From: Hemiscyllium ocellatum
Lineage: Eukaryota
Direction of reading: 5' to 3'
Assembly: GCF_020745735.1 (NCBI RefSeq)
Contig: NC_083429.1
Coordinates: 55,843,877 to 55,907,876, forward strand
Length of the DNA: 64,000 nt
The notes beneath the pieces are model-generated. The model had not been told where the DNA came from and ran no database searches. It saw nothing but the letters and a program-made list of their open reading frames with translations. The translations under genes and the position numbers were made by a program. Below are positions 11,976 through 24,406 of this stretch, in pieces (positions within the stretch are counted from its first letter, which is position 1; every line of letters starts with the position of its first letter).

Positions 11976-13651
11976 CACAACATTCAACCTGTGACACACT
12001 TTAATCAACTGCTAAGGGAATGCCGCATGATTACAGGCACCAACTTTCAGATCATATGTTAAACAACGTGTCTCTTAGCTCTGAAGCAGGGAAACGATTG
12101 GATGTCTTTATGGAGAATGGGGGAAATTGTGCTCTCAGTCTGTCCAATTTTTATCCTTTAGCTAACACCCAGATCAAATCAATTGCAGGTACTTCCCAAT
12201 TTCAGTTTGTGGAATTTTAATATGTATAGATTGACTGCTACATTTAACCATAAAACAAACAATTCAAAAGTAATCTATCAGTTTTATCTGAAAGATTACA
12301 GTGTTTACATCACAGGAAGTGGCCATTCTACTCATCATGAAAAGCATAACCCAAATGCCCAGCTCTCCTGGTCCTGAGCCTTGTATTTTCCACACCTTCT
12401 TAAAGGGGCTTGTCTTAGCCAGTCCATGTGGCTAAATACTGCATGCTGGCTACTCTCTGCATGATGTAATTCTCCCAATCTATCGCCTCACAATGTTTAA
12501 ACTGTTTCAATCTGACTGCCAATTCCCCAGTCCAATAAAATATCAAAACCTTTTTGAAATGTAATCTTATATCTAGGCTTCTTTGCCGCAGTAGAAATAA
12601 CCACATTAACCCAACACCACTGCAGTTTTTCATTCAAAGTGTCATCCCATCAATCGATAGACAATGTGGGACTTTCACAAGCTTTCTATAAACTCAGTAC
12701 TTAAGCTGGGCACAGTACAATGACATGAATGCAATTTGTTCTTTCTCTCACTGGTCTAAACATTAGTGTACACTATAATTTCACTCTTTTCAATCTGGAT
12801 CTTTATATTCCCATTTATAAAACTCAAAATACCATTGTACTTATAAAATGACAGCGTTGGTATCTACATCTTGACTAAATATTTGCACCCTTTACCCTCA
12901 CCATCAGATAGAATCCTCCCTTTCAACTAATATTTCCATTCATCCAAAATGTGCAACATCTATGAGATTAGCTTAGGTTTTTGATGGCAAACTCTTGGTA
13001 AATCTTCCATAAATGCAGCACTTGTTAGAAAAAAGAAAGCTTTCTTTAAAACAAACTCAAAATTATCACCAGCATTTTCATCTTGGCTTTAGAACATTGA
13101 ATGACTTTATAACAATTATTGACATTCTTTTAATGCTAAATACATGAAGCAGAATGAGACAAAGAGCTGCATAACGTACAGCATACTGCTCATACTCTTC
13201 AAACTTCCTCCAAAACGTTACCCCAATCCTCAAATGGTAATTGCACAATATTTCATTCCTGCTGCAAAACTCACCCAATAATTCACCAACATTTTGCAGC
13301 GTTCTGTTTCCTTAAAGTTCCTGAGATCTCCAACTGCACGCTCAGAATTTTGGTCAAAGTGTGTGCCTTTATTTCATGCCTATCCCAACGACAATCCTCC
13401 TCCCCTCCCCACCTGCCCAGCCCTCCGATCCCTGGCTTCAATGTGGTTCAAAAGATAATAATGCAGATGGCAATGAACCTGATAGAAAGTGACAAATAAG
13501 TTGCAGCTAATGGAGTGGGTGGGGAAGCAGGGGATATACCTACCATTCAGTAGCTCAACACAAACAAAGTGAGTTGAACAATGACCCTCTGGTCTACTAC
13601 TTAGAGCAGTCTCTAAACAGGGGGGCATTGACCAGTGAATGTAACACTGCA

Positions 13652-14600
13652 GGGGATGAAGGGGGGGGGGGATTGAAGGGGGGGGGGGGATTGAAGGGGG
13701 GGGGGGGATTGAAGGGGGGGGGATTGAAGGGGGGGGGGATTGAAGGGGGGGGATGGGAGGGAAACATGAAGGGGGAAGAGAAACATGGAGGGATGAGAGA
13801 GAAATATGGGTGGAAGCAAAGCATGTGAGGGGGAGCGAAATGGGGGGGGAACATGAATGGGGGCAAGGGCAATGTGGGGGGGAGCAACATTGGGGAAGGG
13901 AGATTTGTGGGGGGGAAGAGAGATGTGGTGTTGGGGGGGAGGGAGAAGTGGGGGGGGAGGGAGAAGTGGGGGGGGAGGGAGAAGTGGGGGGGGAGGGAGA
14001 AGTGGGGGGGGAGGGAGAAGTGGGGGGGGAGGGAGAAGTGGGGGGGGGGGTGGGGGGGAGGGAGAAGTGGGGGGGGGTGGGGGGGAGGGAGAAGTGGGGG
14101 GGAGGGAGAAGTGGGGGGGTGGGGGGGGAGGGAGAAGTGGGGGGGGTGGGGGGGGGGGAGAAGTGGGGGGGTGGGGGGGAGGGAGAAGTGGGGGGGGTGG
14201 GGGGGGAGGGGGGGGGTGGGGGGGGAGGGAGAAGTGGGGGGGGTGGGGGGGGAGGGAGAAGTGGGGGGGGTGGGGGGGGGGGGAGAGAGTGGGGGGGTTG
14301 GGGGGGAGGGAGAAGTGGGGGGGTTGGGGGGGAGGGAGAAGTGGGGGGGTTGGGGGGGGAGGGAGAAGTGGGGGGGTTGGGGGGGGAGGGAGAAGTGGGG
14401 GGGTTGGGGGGGGAGGGAGAAGTGGGGGGGTTGGGGGGGGAGGGAGAAGTGGGGGGGTTGGGGGGGAGGGAGAAGTGGGGGGGGTTGGGGGGGAGGGAGA
14501 AGTGGGGGGGGTGGGGGGGGAGGGAGAAGTGGGGGGGGTGGGGGGGGAGGGAGAAGTGGGGGGGGTGGGGGGGAGGGAGAAGTGAGAGGGGTGGGGGGGA
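13652..14600 (+). repeat. Extremely G-rich tandem repeats, (G7-10 ATTGAA)n then (GGGAGAAGT G7-8 [T/TT] G7-8 A)n, in HMBS intron 1
   Basis: Directly visible; source of the spurious poly-Gly/poly-Pro ORFs. Confidence 0.95.
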
Positions 14601-15240
14601 AAGGTGCTTCCGTGAACGGGTGAATGGAGCCAGCTTTCTGGGGGGGCGGGGGGGTAGGGGGGGAGTGGGGGGGCGGGGGTAGGGGGGGAGTGGGGAGACT
14701 CACCCCCCCTCCCACTATCACTCACTCACCCGGGTAGCGGACATGGCGCCGGCGGGACACCGGCCACTGACACCTTCTCCGTTAGCGCCCGCTCCTGAGC
14801 GCCGCCATCGTCCAGCCGGATCTACGCATGCGTGCTCCCGGGGGGGCGGGGCATGGCCGGAACAGTGCCCAGGCCCCGCCCCTTCCGGTCAGTGAGCCGG
14901 CCATCGCGGCCGGAGGGGCGGGGCCCGGGCCGGGGCCGTTCTCAGTCCCAGTCCCGGTCACATCATTAACTCATTCAGGGGGAGGCCCGAGGCTTTAACC
15001 CGGAGAATGGGAACCTGATCCAGGTGAGGGCCCGGGCCCAGGCCCCGGGTGATAGAGGCCGGGCCGGCGGTGCTCGGACTGAGGGGCCCTGCTGAGGGGG
15101 AGGGGGAACAGGTCCTTCGGCCCATTGAGTGGACACCTACCCACCGCGGTCCCTCAGCCATGGCGGAGCCCGGCAGACCCGCCCCTCCCTGGGCTGTGGG
15201 ACACGGGGGGGGGGGGGGGGGTAATGTCCATCACACCGGG
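14600..15240. promoter_or_regulatory. CpG island / bidirectional promoter shared by HMBS and the plus-strand gene
   Basis: High CpG density; GC boxes 14843-14851, 14874-14882 and 14915-14923; NRF1-like ACGCATGCGT 14824-14833; ETS cores CCGGAA 14857 and CTTCCGG 14882; plus-strand donor CAG|GTGAGG at 15023/15024. Confidence 0.8.
14730..14744 (-). CDS. HMBS: HMBS coding exon 1 (MSATR)
   Basis: GCC ATG TCC GCT ACC CGG followed by a perfect GTGAGT donor inside a CpG island. Phase 0, in frame with the next exon. Confidence 0.8.
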
Positions 15241-15261
15241 CTATGGAGCATAGCCCCTTCC

Positions 15262-16450
15262 TTCAGGGGACGAGGGTAAAGCAGTAGATGTTGTGTATAT
15301 GGATTTTAGTAAGGCATTCGATAAGGTTCCCCATGGTAGGCTAATGCTAAAACTACGGAGGTATGGCATTGAGGATACATTAGAGGTTTGGATTAGGAAT
15401 TGGCTGGCTGGAAGGAGACAGAGGGTAGTAGTTGATGGACTATGTTCATCTTGGAGTGCTGTTACTAGCGGTGTACCACAAGGATCTGTTTTGGGACCAT
15501 TGCTTTTTGTTATCTTTATAAATGATCTAGAGGAAGGGCTTGAAAGCTGGGTAAGCAAGTTTGCGGATGACACAAAAGTCGGTGGAGTTGTGGATAGTGA
15601 GGAAGGATGTGGCAGGTTACAGCGGGATATAGATAAGTTGCAGAGCTGGGCGGAAATGTGGCAAATGGAATTCAATGTAGCTAAGTGTGAAGTCATTCAC
15701 TTTGGTAGGAGTAACAAGAAGATGGATTACTGGGCAAATGGTAGGCTACTTGGTAGTGTGGATGAGCAGAGGGATCTTGGTGTCCATGTACACAGATCTC
15801 TGAAAGTTGCCACCCAGATAAATAGTGCTGTGAGGAAGGCATATGGTGCACTGGGCTTTATTGGTAGAGGAATTGAGTTCCGGAGTCCTGAGGTCATGTT
15901 GCAACTGTATAAGACTGGTGCGGCCTCATCTGGAGTATTGTGTGCAGTTTTGGTCGCCATACTATAGGAAGGATGTGGAGGCGTTGGAACGAGTGCAGAG
16001 GAGGTTTACCAGGATGTTGCCTGGAATGGTAGGAAAATCTTATGAGGAAAGGCTGAGGCACTTGGGGCTGTTCTCATTGGAGAAGAGAAGGTTTAGGGGA
16101 GATTTGATAGAGGTGTATAAGATGATTAGGGGTTTAGATAGGGTCGACACTGAGAACCTTTTACCGCTAATGGAGTCAGGTATTACTAGGGGACACAGCT
16201 TTAAATTAAAGGGTGGTAGGTATAGGACAGATGTTAGGGGTAGATTCTTTACACAGCGGGTTGTGAGTTCATGGAATGCCCTGCCAGTAGCAGTGGTGAA
16301 CTCTCCTTCTTTATGGTCATTTAAGCGGGCATTGGATAGGCATTTGGAAGTTATTGGGCTAGTGTAGGTTAGGTAGGATTCGGTCGGCGCAACATCGAGG
16401 GCCGAAGGGCCTGTACTGCGCTGTATCTTTCTATGTTCTATGTTCTATGT
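15262..16450 (+). mobile_element. Young CR1 LINE, 5'-truncated (second subfamily)
   Basis: Near-intact RT (YMDFSKAFDKV, GVPQGSVLGP, FADD) with one frameshift near 15916; (ctatgtt)n tail. Confidence 0.95.
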
Positions 16451-16655
16451 TCACCAGGTGGGACCGAGCCCGTGTCCCTGCTGCTGGGAGGCTGCATTGC
16501 TGACCACTCAGCCACCCCAGAACATTGGGTCAGGGCTCTGTAGGATGTCCGGACTGAGACAGCCTGCAGCAAACATTGGGCAGGGGTGGGTTCACAGGCT
16601 GACAGCTTGTGGCAGGGAGAGCTGGCAGCTCATGTTAGACAGTGCAGAGACACTG

Positions 16656-16871
16656 GGGTTGAGAGTGTGGTGCTGGAAAAGCACAGCAGATCAAGCAGCA
16701 TCTGAGGAGCAGGAGAGTCGACGTTTCAGGCATAAGACCTTCATCAGGAAAAGGGCCCGTGAAGGGCTTATGCCCAAAACATTGATTCTCCTGCTCCTCG
16801 GATGCTACCTGACCTGCTGGGCTTTTCCAGCACCACACTCAGGACTCTGCTCACCAGTCTTCATTTTCTCC
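16656..16871. mobile_element. Palindromic PLE-derived short element
   Basis: Inverted arms; 16-bp TSD CAGTGCAGAGACACTG at 16640-16655 and 16872-16887. Confidence 0.82.
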
Positions 16872-16923
16872 CAGTGCAGAGACACTGCAAGAACTGAGTG
16901 ATTTGGAGCTGGGCTTCATCACC

Positions 16924-16961
16924 ATGTGTGGAAGTGGATCCACTGTCCATGATGGTCACAG
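16924..16961 (+). CDS. Uncharacterised gene, putative first coding exon (MCGSGSTVHDGHS)
   Basis: ACC ATG; AG|gtaaat donor in phase 2, matching the next exon; acceptor at 16874. The true start could lie further upstream. Confidence 0.55.
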
Positions 16962-17564
16962 GTAAATGATGGTGATGTCGAGGAGTCTGGGGTGGAGAGA
17001 TGCACTGGAGAGCAGCTGGTGTCAGGGTGACAATGTAATCCTGTTTGATGTTTTAGACTGGACCCAAACTGAGGTGGTGCCATGGGAAATATTGAATAAA
17101 TTGATTAGGTTATCTGACATGTCTTGTTCCGCCATCAATACAATGTGAGAGTGTGACAATGTATTGTTAAAGCTGGCTGCATGTGAGAACAAACTTTAAA
17201 AGAAGGAGGTTCACTTACTTTCTCACAACAACTAAGGTGTGCCATAAATGCTGTCATTGTCAGGGACATCCATTACGTGTGAATCAGTATTTAAAAGGAT
17301 TATGCTGTGTTGTGAATTATTTTTTAGTTAATTAGTTAATCTGGTATTTGTTTCCACTAGGGTTTGTAACTGTGATTCATGGCATCTTTTAAAACTGAGA
17401 AAAACTGGACTGATCTACAGGAAAGGTAAAATAAGTGTTTAAATAAAACAAAGATATTGTACATGTCTGAAATAAAATCAAGAAGCTATGGAGAAACTCA
17501 GCAGGTCTGGCAGAAGCTGTGGAGAGAATAACTGAGTTACCATTGAGTTGAATACAACTTCCCC

Positions 17565-18130
17565 AAACAAGATTATTTCACAGTACAATGAGACCTTGAG
17601 CAAATGATCCAGTTAACCAATGAATGGCAGATGGCATTTATTTTAGCTGTGTTGCATTTTAGTAAGGCAAATAGGTCTTATACACTTAATGGTAAAGTCC
17701 TGGAGAGTGTTGCTGGACAGAGACCTTGGGCTTCAGGGTCATAGTTCCTTGGGAGTGGAGTCACAGGTAGACAGGGTGGGGAAGAAGATGTTTGATGTGC
17801 TTTCCTTTGTTGGTCAGTGCATTGGGTATAGGAGTTGGGATGTCATTTTGCTGCTGTACAGGTCATTGGTTAAGCAGCTTCTGAAATACTGCCATCAATT
17901 CTGGTCTGTGTCATTGGAAAGACGTTGTTAGACTTAAAAAGGTGCGGAAAAGGATTACGAGGATGTTGCCAGGGTTGGAGGGTTTGAGCTATAGGAAGAG
18001 GCTAAATAGGCTGGGGCTATTTTCCCTGGAGCAGCGGAGGCTGAGGGGTGACCTTATAGAGTTTTATAAAATCATGTGGGGCATTGATAGGGTGAATAGC
18101 CAAGGTCTTTCCCCAGGGAAGGGGAGTCCA
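17565..18130 (+). mobile_element. HER1/CR1 LINE fragment
   Basis: Degenerate RT C-terminus (RMLPGLEGLSY..RLNRLGLFSLE.RRLRGDL). Confidence 0.9.
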
Positions 18131-20099
18131 ATCTGTCAGCTGTCAGATCTAAGTATTTTCAGCACTTTGTTTTGACATCACAAAAGAGTGCAGTGTGTAG
18201 AATGGAAAATAATTCACTAACATCAATGGCAGTAATGGTTCATGGCACATTGCTTCGTCTGACTGTAATCAGCATAGAGGAGGAAGTGTGGACTGCAGAT
18301 GCCGGAGAGTCAGAGGGCTTATGCCCGAGACATGGACACTTCTGGTCCTCAGATGCTGCCTGGCCTACTATGCTTTTCCAGCACCCCCCCCCCCTCATCT
18401 CAGTAATCAGTATATGTCTGGAGGGGGTTTGTGTTGTGAGCTTTCTCAACCATATTCCAGTTCCCCAACTCCCGTTGGGTGACAGAGGCACACACTCCAT
18501 TCTATCCTCCTCCTCTTTCTCATTTCTGCGGGCTAAGTGCAGCTTACTGTGAAGCTGGAATTTTGTCCTGTATACCAGCAATCTTGTAGATAGCCTGACT
18601 ATCTTGGACCATGGCAGGAATATGAGTAGGGCAACACTGTATTCCATAATTTAAATCCCTCATTTCTGTATAAACAACTTATAAAATGAAGGAACTTCCA
18701 TTGTACAAGTAATCCATTCACAGTATTAGTTGAAAAAGTTAAATATTTGTTTATTTGGTTCGATGCCTCCATTACAGATCCAGTTCTTTTTAATGACTTG
18801 GGAGTTTTTATGTGCTTTTAGTGGTTAGTTGTAATTTTTAGTCTGATGAGGTCTGTGGGACACTGCCGGTTTTCTCTTTCACTTGAACTAAAAAAGGAAA
18901 ACATAAATCCAGCGCCATCTGTAGAAAAAGACACGGAATTCATGTTTTGAGTCTGGTTCTAAAGAAGAAGGATCATACTGAACTCAACGTTATCTGCCTC
19001 TCTCTCATTACAGATGCTGTCGGGCTTGCTGAGTTTCTCCAGCATTTTTTTTTAATTTTGGAGTTTCAGTATCCAAATTACTTTGCTTTTATTTGAATAA
19101 TCTTTTCACCAGTCCTTTCTTTTCAAAGTGCTTCTTTTTGCTCACTTGCTATCTTGACATTTAAGTGACTGCCACATTTAGTTTCCTGCAGAAATTAAGC
19201 ATTATAAAATTACTGCTTTTTGCTTCTTGCAATGTAACCTTGAACCAACACAGACCCAACAACTGCTAATAGAAAGGGAAAAGTCAGTGCCTCACTGTGC
19301 CTGATCAGGGCCTGAGAAAGCTCCTCTCTTTGCCTGCCACTCTTTGCTTTAGGTCACAAGGAGAGAGGACTGCAATGACCAATTCTACAGGCCTTTCTGA
19401 TATTTGAATGCTAAGACCGTCAGTGAACTCTTGCAGTTTGCAATTATTTTGTGAATCTCTCAGCAATGTTGGGAAGAAATATCAGATCTGGAACATCCTC
19501 AGACCTTCAAAATATTCTGTTCCTTTAGATCTTAAAATTGACTTTTCCTTCTGGTTGCATTTTCCCTCATAATTATTTATTGAAGCTGTTTGTGGCAACT
19601 TGGTTACTTCTTTTTGAGAAAACATTTACATTTTCTTAGCACCTTTCACAACCTCAGGATGTGACAACTTATTTTGCAGCCAATCAAATACTTTTTGAAG
19701 AGATGACTGCTGTAACATAGGATACACAGAAGCCAGTTTGTGGGTAGCAATGTCACTTCAACATGAACTTAATAATAACCAGGTAATATCTATCTTGGTG
19801 TTGGTTGATGGAGAAATGTCAGCTATGCCATTAGAGAGAACTCCCTGCTATTTAAACAGCACCTTGAAATCTTTATGTCCACTTGAGCGAGCAGATAGGA
19901 CCTACATTTTATATCCATCTTATGGTGCAACACAGCATTGTGACTCCATTGGCAATGGTAGCCTACATTTTGTGCACAAGTGCTTTAGTTTGGGATTCCA
20001 GTCCATGACCCGACTTGCGGACTATGCTATCAGTGAGTTTAGACTCCTCAGGCTGTAATCCTGGACCAGGCTCTGAACAGATTGTCTATTTATCGGCAG

Positions 20100-20240
20100 T
20101 TTGAATCGTGTTCGACAGCAGCTCGGTCTGATTCCGCGGGCAGAATGGGATAACTTTGTGCCTCGTGAACCTCCACTTCGTGTCTGTTTAACCAGTCAGT
20201 GTGACAGATGGGTGCTGCACTCCCCATCAAACCTGCCCGG
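20100..20240 (+). CDS. Uncharacterised gene exon (LNRVRQQLGLIPRAEWDNFVPREPPLRVCLTSQCDRWVLHSPSNLPG)
   Basis: 141 nt open frame, CpG-containing codons, cag acceptor and gtaagc donor, phase 2-2. Confidence 0.85.
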
Positions 20241-20525
20241 GTAAGCTCTTTTCAAATACTTCCAGGAAATCTATGGAGAGAAAACAGAGTTAATGTTTCG
20301 ACACTTAGCAGCTTTTTCGGAGGCCATTCAGCCCTTCAGACCTGCCCAGCTATTCTAGATCATCCCTGATCATCTCCGTGAAGATATTTATCTCACTATC
20401 TCCATGTTCATTAATGTCATTAGATTCCAGAACCTATCATTTTGTCTTGAGTCTTCTGATTCATTGAGCTGCACAGTCCTTTTGCAGAGAATTCCTGAGA
20501 TTTACTGCCTTTTAAGTGAAGAAAT

Positions 20526-21040
20526 TGCATGATGGCTCAGTGGTTAGCACTGCTGCCTCACAGCAACAGGGACCTGGCTTCAATTCCATCCTAAGGCAAC
20601 TGACTGTGTGGAGTTTGCACATTCTCCCCGTGTCTGCATGAATTTCCTCCAGGTGCTCCGGTTTCCTCCCACAGTCCAAAGATGAGTAGGTCAGGTGAAT
20701 TGGCCATGCTAAATTGTCCGTAGTGTTAGGTGGATTAGTCAGAGGATAATGGGTCTGGGCGGGTTACTCATCAGAGAGTTGGTATGGACTTGTTGGGCCA
20801 AAGGACCTGTTTCCACACAGTAAGGAATCTTAATCATTCTTCCCGTGTCTACGTGGGTTTTCTCCAGTTGCTCCGGTTTCCTCCCACAGTCCAAAGATTT
20901 GGTGGATTGGCCTTGCTAAATTGCCTGTAGTCCGGGCATCTGCAGGCTAGGTGGAAATGCAGGGTTACAGGGAAAGGGTAGGGGATTGGGTTTGGATGGT
21001 TGAAATGGACTTGATGGTTTAGGGATTCTGAGATTCTATT
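20526..21040 (+). mobile_element. Two tandem HE1-type V-SINEs (second lacks its head)
   Basis: Head, V-domain and tail, then a second V-domain from about 20835. Confidence 0.8.
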
Positions 21041-21809
21041 TCTTCTTAAATGTTCCATCCTTCGTCCTGAGACTCTGTCCCCTGGTTCTTGACAGTAACC
21101 ACAGAGAGCGTCATACATATATACATTCTATCCTGCTTTCTAACAATTTTGAGATTTTAAATGAGGTCGCTTCTCATTCTTTTAAAAGTCCCAGACTCCT
21201 AATTCTCTCCTTAAGACAATCCTGCCATCCTAAGGTTTCATCTGATGAACCTCTGTTGCACTCCATCTATAACAGTTATATATTTCCTTGTGCAAGGAAT
21301 CCAGAACTGTCCCCAATAATCCAGGTGAGGCCTCTGGAAATGAAGCCCAGTCTACCAGTACTTTACAATTTCTCACTCCAACTTGATGCAACCTTTAGTG
21401 ACTCATGGACAAAGACACCCAGATCCCTCAGGAATTCCCAACAGGATTGATCTTTTACAAATCCAGGTTGACTCTGCATAACGTTGCCATTCAGTTATCA
21501 TTTCCTTTTATAATAGATTCTAACATTGTCCCAGCTGCTGGTGTCAAGCTCATACTTGTCCTTAGTAGCAGTAGTCTGTTCATCTCCGTTCTCATTCTTC
21601 CTCTCTCCTTAAATAGCAGGATTACATCCCCCACCTTCCAGTTTGCAGGTTACAGAGTCATGAAATCATAGAGCCCACCAGTGCACGCACTGTCTGTTAT
21701 TGTCTCCTTCAACACGCTGGGATAAAACTTATCTTGTCCAGGAAATTGATCAACCCTCCATCCTGATAACTTTTCAAGTGCTACCTCCTTAGATTTTGCC
21801 CTTCACTTC

Positions 21810-22875
21810 CACAAGTAACTGATCGAGGATTGGTCAACTGGCAGAAGGCAGAAAGTGGAACTAATGGGATGGTACGTGGTGACTAGTAGAGCTCTGCAGG
21901 GTCCAGTGCTGGGATCACAACTATCCATGTTATCCATAATTATTTTGGACGAAGGAACTGAAGGTATTATTGCTAAGTTTAAGTTACACAAAGATAACTG
22001 GAGGGAGAGATAGAGTTGAGAAGGCAGGGAGGCTGCAGGAGGACTTGGACAGGCTGGGAGAGTGGGCAGTACAACATGGCACAGTGAGGATTTGCACATT
22101 GGTAAGAAGAATAGAGACGCAGACTATATTCTAAACAAGGAAAGGCTTCAGAAACCTGAAGCTCAAAGGGCCTTAGGAGTCCGAGTTCAAGATTCAGTTA
22201 AAGTTAACATGCAGGTTCAGTTGGCAGTTAGGAAGGCAAATACAGTATTAGCATTCATTTTGAGGGAGCTAGAATATGAGAGCAGGGATGAATTGCTGAG
22301 GCTATAACAGGTTCTGATCAGCCCGCTTTGGAGTACTGAGAGCAGTTTTGGGCCTTGTTATTAGGGGAGGATCTGCTGGAGTTGGAGGGGTCCAGGAGAG
22401 GTTTATAAGAATGATCTCAGGGATGAAGGACTTGTCATATGAGGAGAAGTTGAGGACTCTGGGTGTGTACTCAATGGAGATTAAAAGGATGAGGGGGAAT
22501 CTGATTGAAATTTACAGAATACTGAGAGGTCTGATAGAGTCAACTTGGAGAAGATGTTTCCACCAGTAGGAGAGACTAGGACCTGAGGGCACAGCCTCAG
22601 AGTGAAGGGGGATGACTCTTTAGAACTGAAATAAGGAGGAATTTCTTCAGTCAGACGGAGGTAAATCTATCGAACTCATTTTTGCAGAGCGCTGTGGAGG
22701 CCAAGTTATTGAGTGTACTTAAGACAGAGATAGATAGTTTCTTGATTAGCAAGAGGATCAAGGGTTACATGGAGAAGGCAGGAGGATGAAGTTGAGAAAC
22801 ATAACAGCCATGATAGACTGGTGGGGCAGACTCTGGCCCGAATGGCCTAATTCTGCTCCAGTGTGTTATGTTCTA
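21810..22875 (+). mobile_element. Old CR1 LINE 3' portion
   Basis: Frameshifted RT remnants and a CR1 3' UTR (aatggcctaattctgctcc). Confidence 0.85.
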
Positions 22876-23309
22876 AGTTGCTTGATCACCTTTTATGTTT
22901 CTTGGAGATCTTCTGTCTTCTTTTGTGACCCAAAACATTAACTCTGTTTCTCTCTTCACAGATACTGTCAGACGTGCTGAGGTTCTCCAGCAATTTAATT
23001 TTTTGTTTCAGATTTCCAGCAAAGTCAGATGCTTATTTTCTCTGCCATTTGCCTGCTCTTCACTATAAAGTCTCCTATCACCTCCTGTAACATGTTCATG
23101 TTTATCCTTGTTATCTTATTCCTGTCATATATTGATAGACATTTAAGTTCCGTTACAACCTGCATTCACATTCTCTTCTCCCTTTCGGAACCTTTCTCTC
23201 AGCCCCACTTGGCTGTCAGTGCATCAGGCTTGTCACTGTAAAACCACTTCCGTTGTTCACATGCAATCCTGAACTTTTTTCATTAACAGTGGTTGATTCT
23301 CCTTTCCCG

Positions 23310-23626
23310 TTAGATTAGATCTAAGATCTAGATTAGATCCCCTACAGCATGGAAACAGGCCCTTTGGCCCAACCAGTCCACACCGACCCTCCAAAGATTT
23401 GCCCACCCAGACTCATTTCCTTTTGACTCATGCACCTAACACTATGGGAAGTTTAGCATGGCCAATCCACTCTAACGTGCACACCTTTTGGACTGTGGAA
23501 GGAAACCCACACAGACACTGGGGAGAACGTGCAAACTCCACACAGTGAGTCGCGTAAGGCCAGAATCGAACCCTGGTCCCTGGCGCTGTGAGGTAGCCGA
23601 GCTGACCAATGAGTCACTGTGCCGTC
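23310..23626 (-). mobile_element. HE1-type V-SINE
   Basis: (ttaga)n tail, V-domain and tRNA head on the minus strand. Confidence 0.85.
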
Positions 23627-24334
23627 CTTCAGATGAATGTGTATTTGTGTAGACCTTGTAGTATTTCTTTAAATGTCAGCCATTGAGGAACAGACTACAT
23701 TATCTCAGTTATTGAATGTTTTGGGTGAATTCTCTCATTCAAAGAAAAGCCCACCTCCACTATCCAATCATTTTACTGTTTTGAACAGTACTTCATTTTG
23801 TATAATCAAAGGAATACGCGTCAAAATTATGAAGTGTTTCATCCAGTGACAACGCATTAGGAATCTGCAAGTGCAGCATCTCTGATAGAACATATAACAA
23901 TACAGCGCAGTACAGCCCTCAACATTGCACCGAGCAGTGGAACCAATCTGAAGCCCTACATTCTTCCATTCTTGGCCATATGTTTATCCATATAGACCAC
24001 ATCAATCTACCTCATCCACCTGTTTGGTCACCATCTCGAAGAGCTCAATAAGATTCCCTTTAAAGAGACCTGAAGAAAGCTCGATATGTCCATGAATGTA
24101 GAAGAAATGAGATCCAGAACTGCTGCCAGGCATCCTCATGGTACTCTGGAACAGTCTCGTAATTGGTGGCTTTCTGCTCAGTCCCACTCCTCTCTGCTCC
24201 TGTCCAGTTCCTCCCCTGACCCTAACTTCCTCCCTCTGTGTTGTGGGATGTTGTATACAGGTGCTTTCTTGGAATTAGTTGGGTGATCATTTCCTCGTCT
24301 GCACTAATTTGCTGACTCAGGCTCTTGATTACAG

Positions 24335-24406
24335 GCTCCACACCAACGTCAGACGGGTTCCCCAGCTAGAGGCTCCCCGACTGTTCACTGGAAAGACCAA
24401 TGGCAA
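24335..24406 (+). CDS. Uncharacterised gene exon (LHTNVRRVPQLEAPRLFTGKTNGK)
   Basis: 72 nt, acag acceptor and gtaagt donor, phase 2-2. Confidence 0.8.

Noticed and set aside
13597-14725. Long Pro-rich and Gly-rich ORFs (242-374 aa) on both strands
   Set aside because: Artefacts of the stop-free G-rich tandem repeat in HMBS intron 1; open in most frames.
15160-15279. GCC ATG G ORF (MAEPGRPAPPW...) as the start of the plus-strand gene
   Set aside because: It runs into a G homopolymer and a CR1 insertion, lies downstream of the stronger donor at 15024, and I found no convincing phase-compatible donor. Not excluded.
15293-16367. Reverse-transcriptase ORFs as an active element or domesticated gene
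   Set aside because: 5'-truncated and frameshifted. No LINE or PLE copy in the window has a complete ORF.
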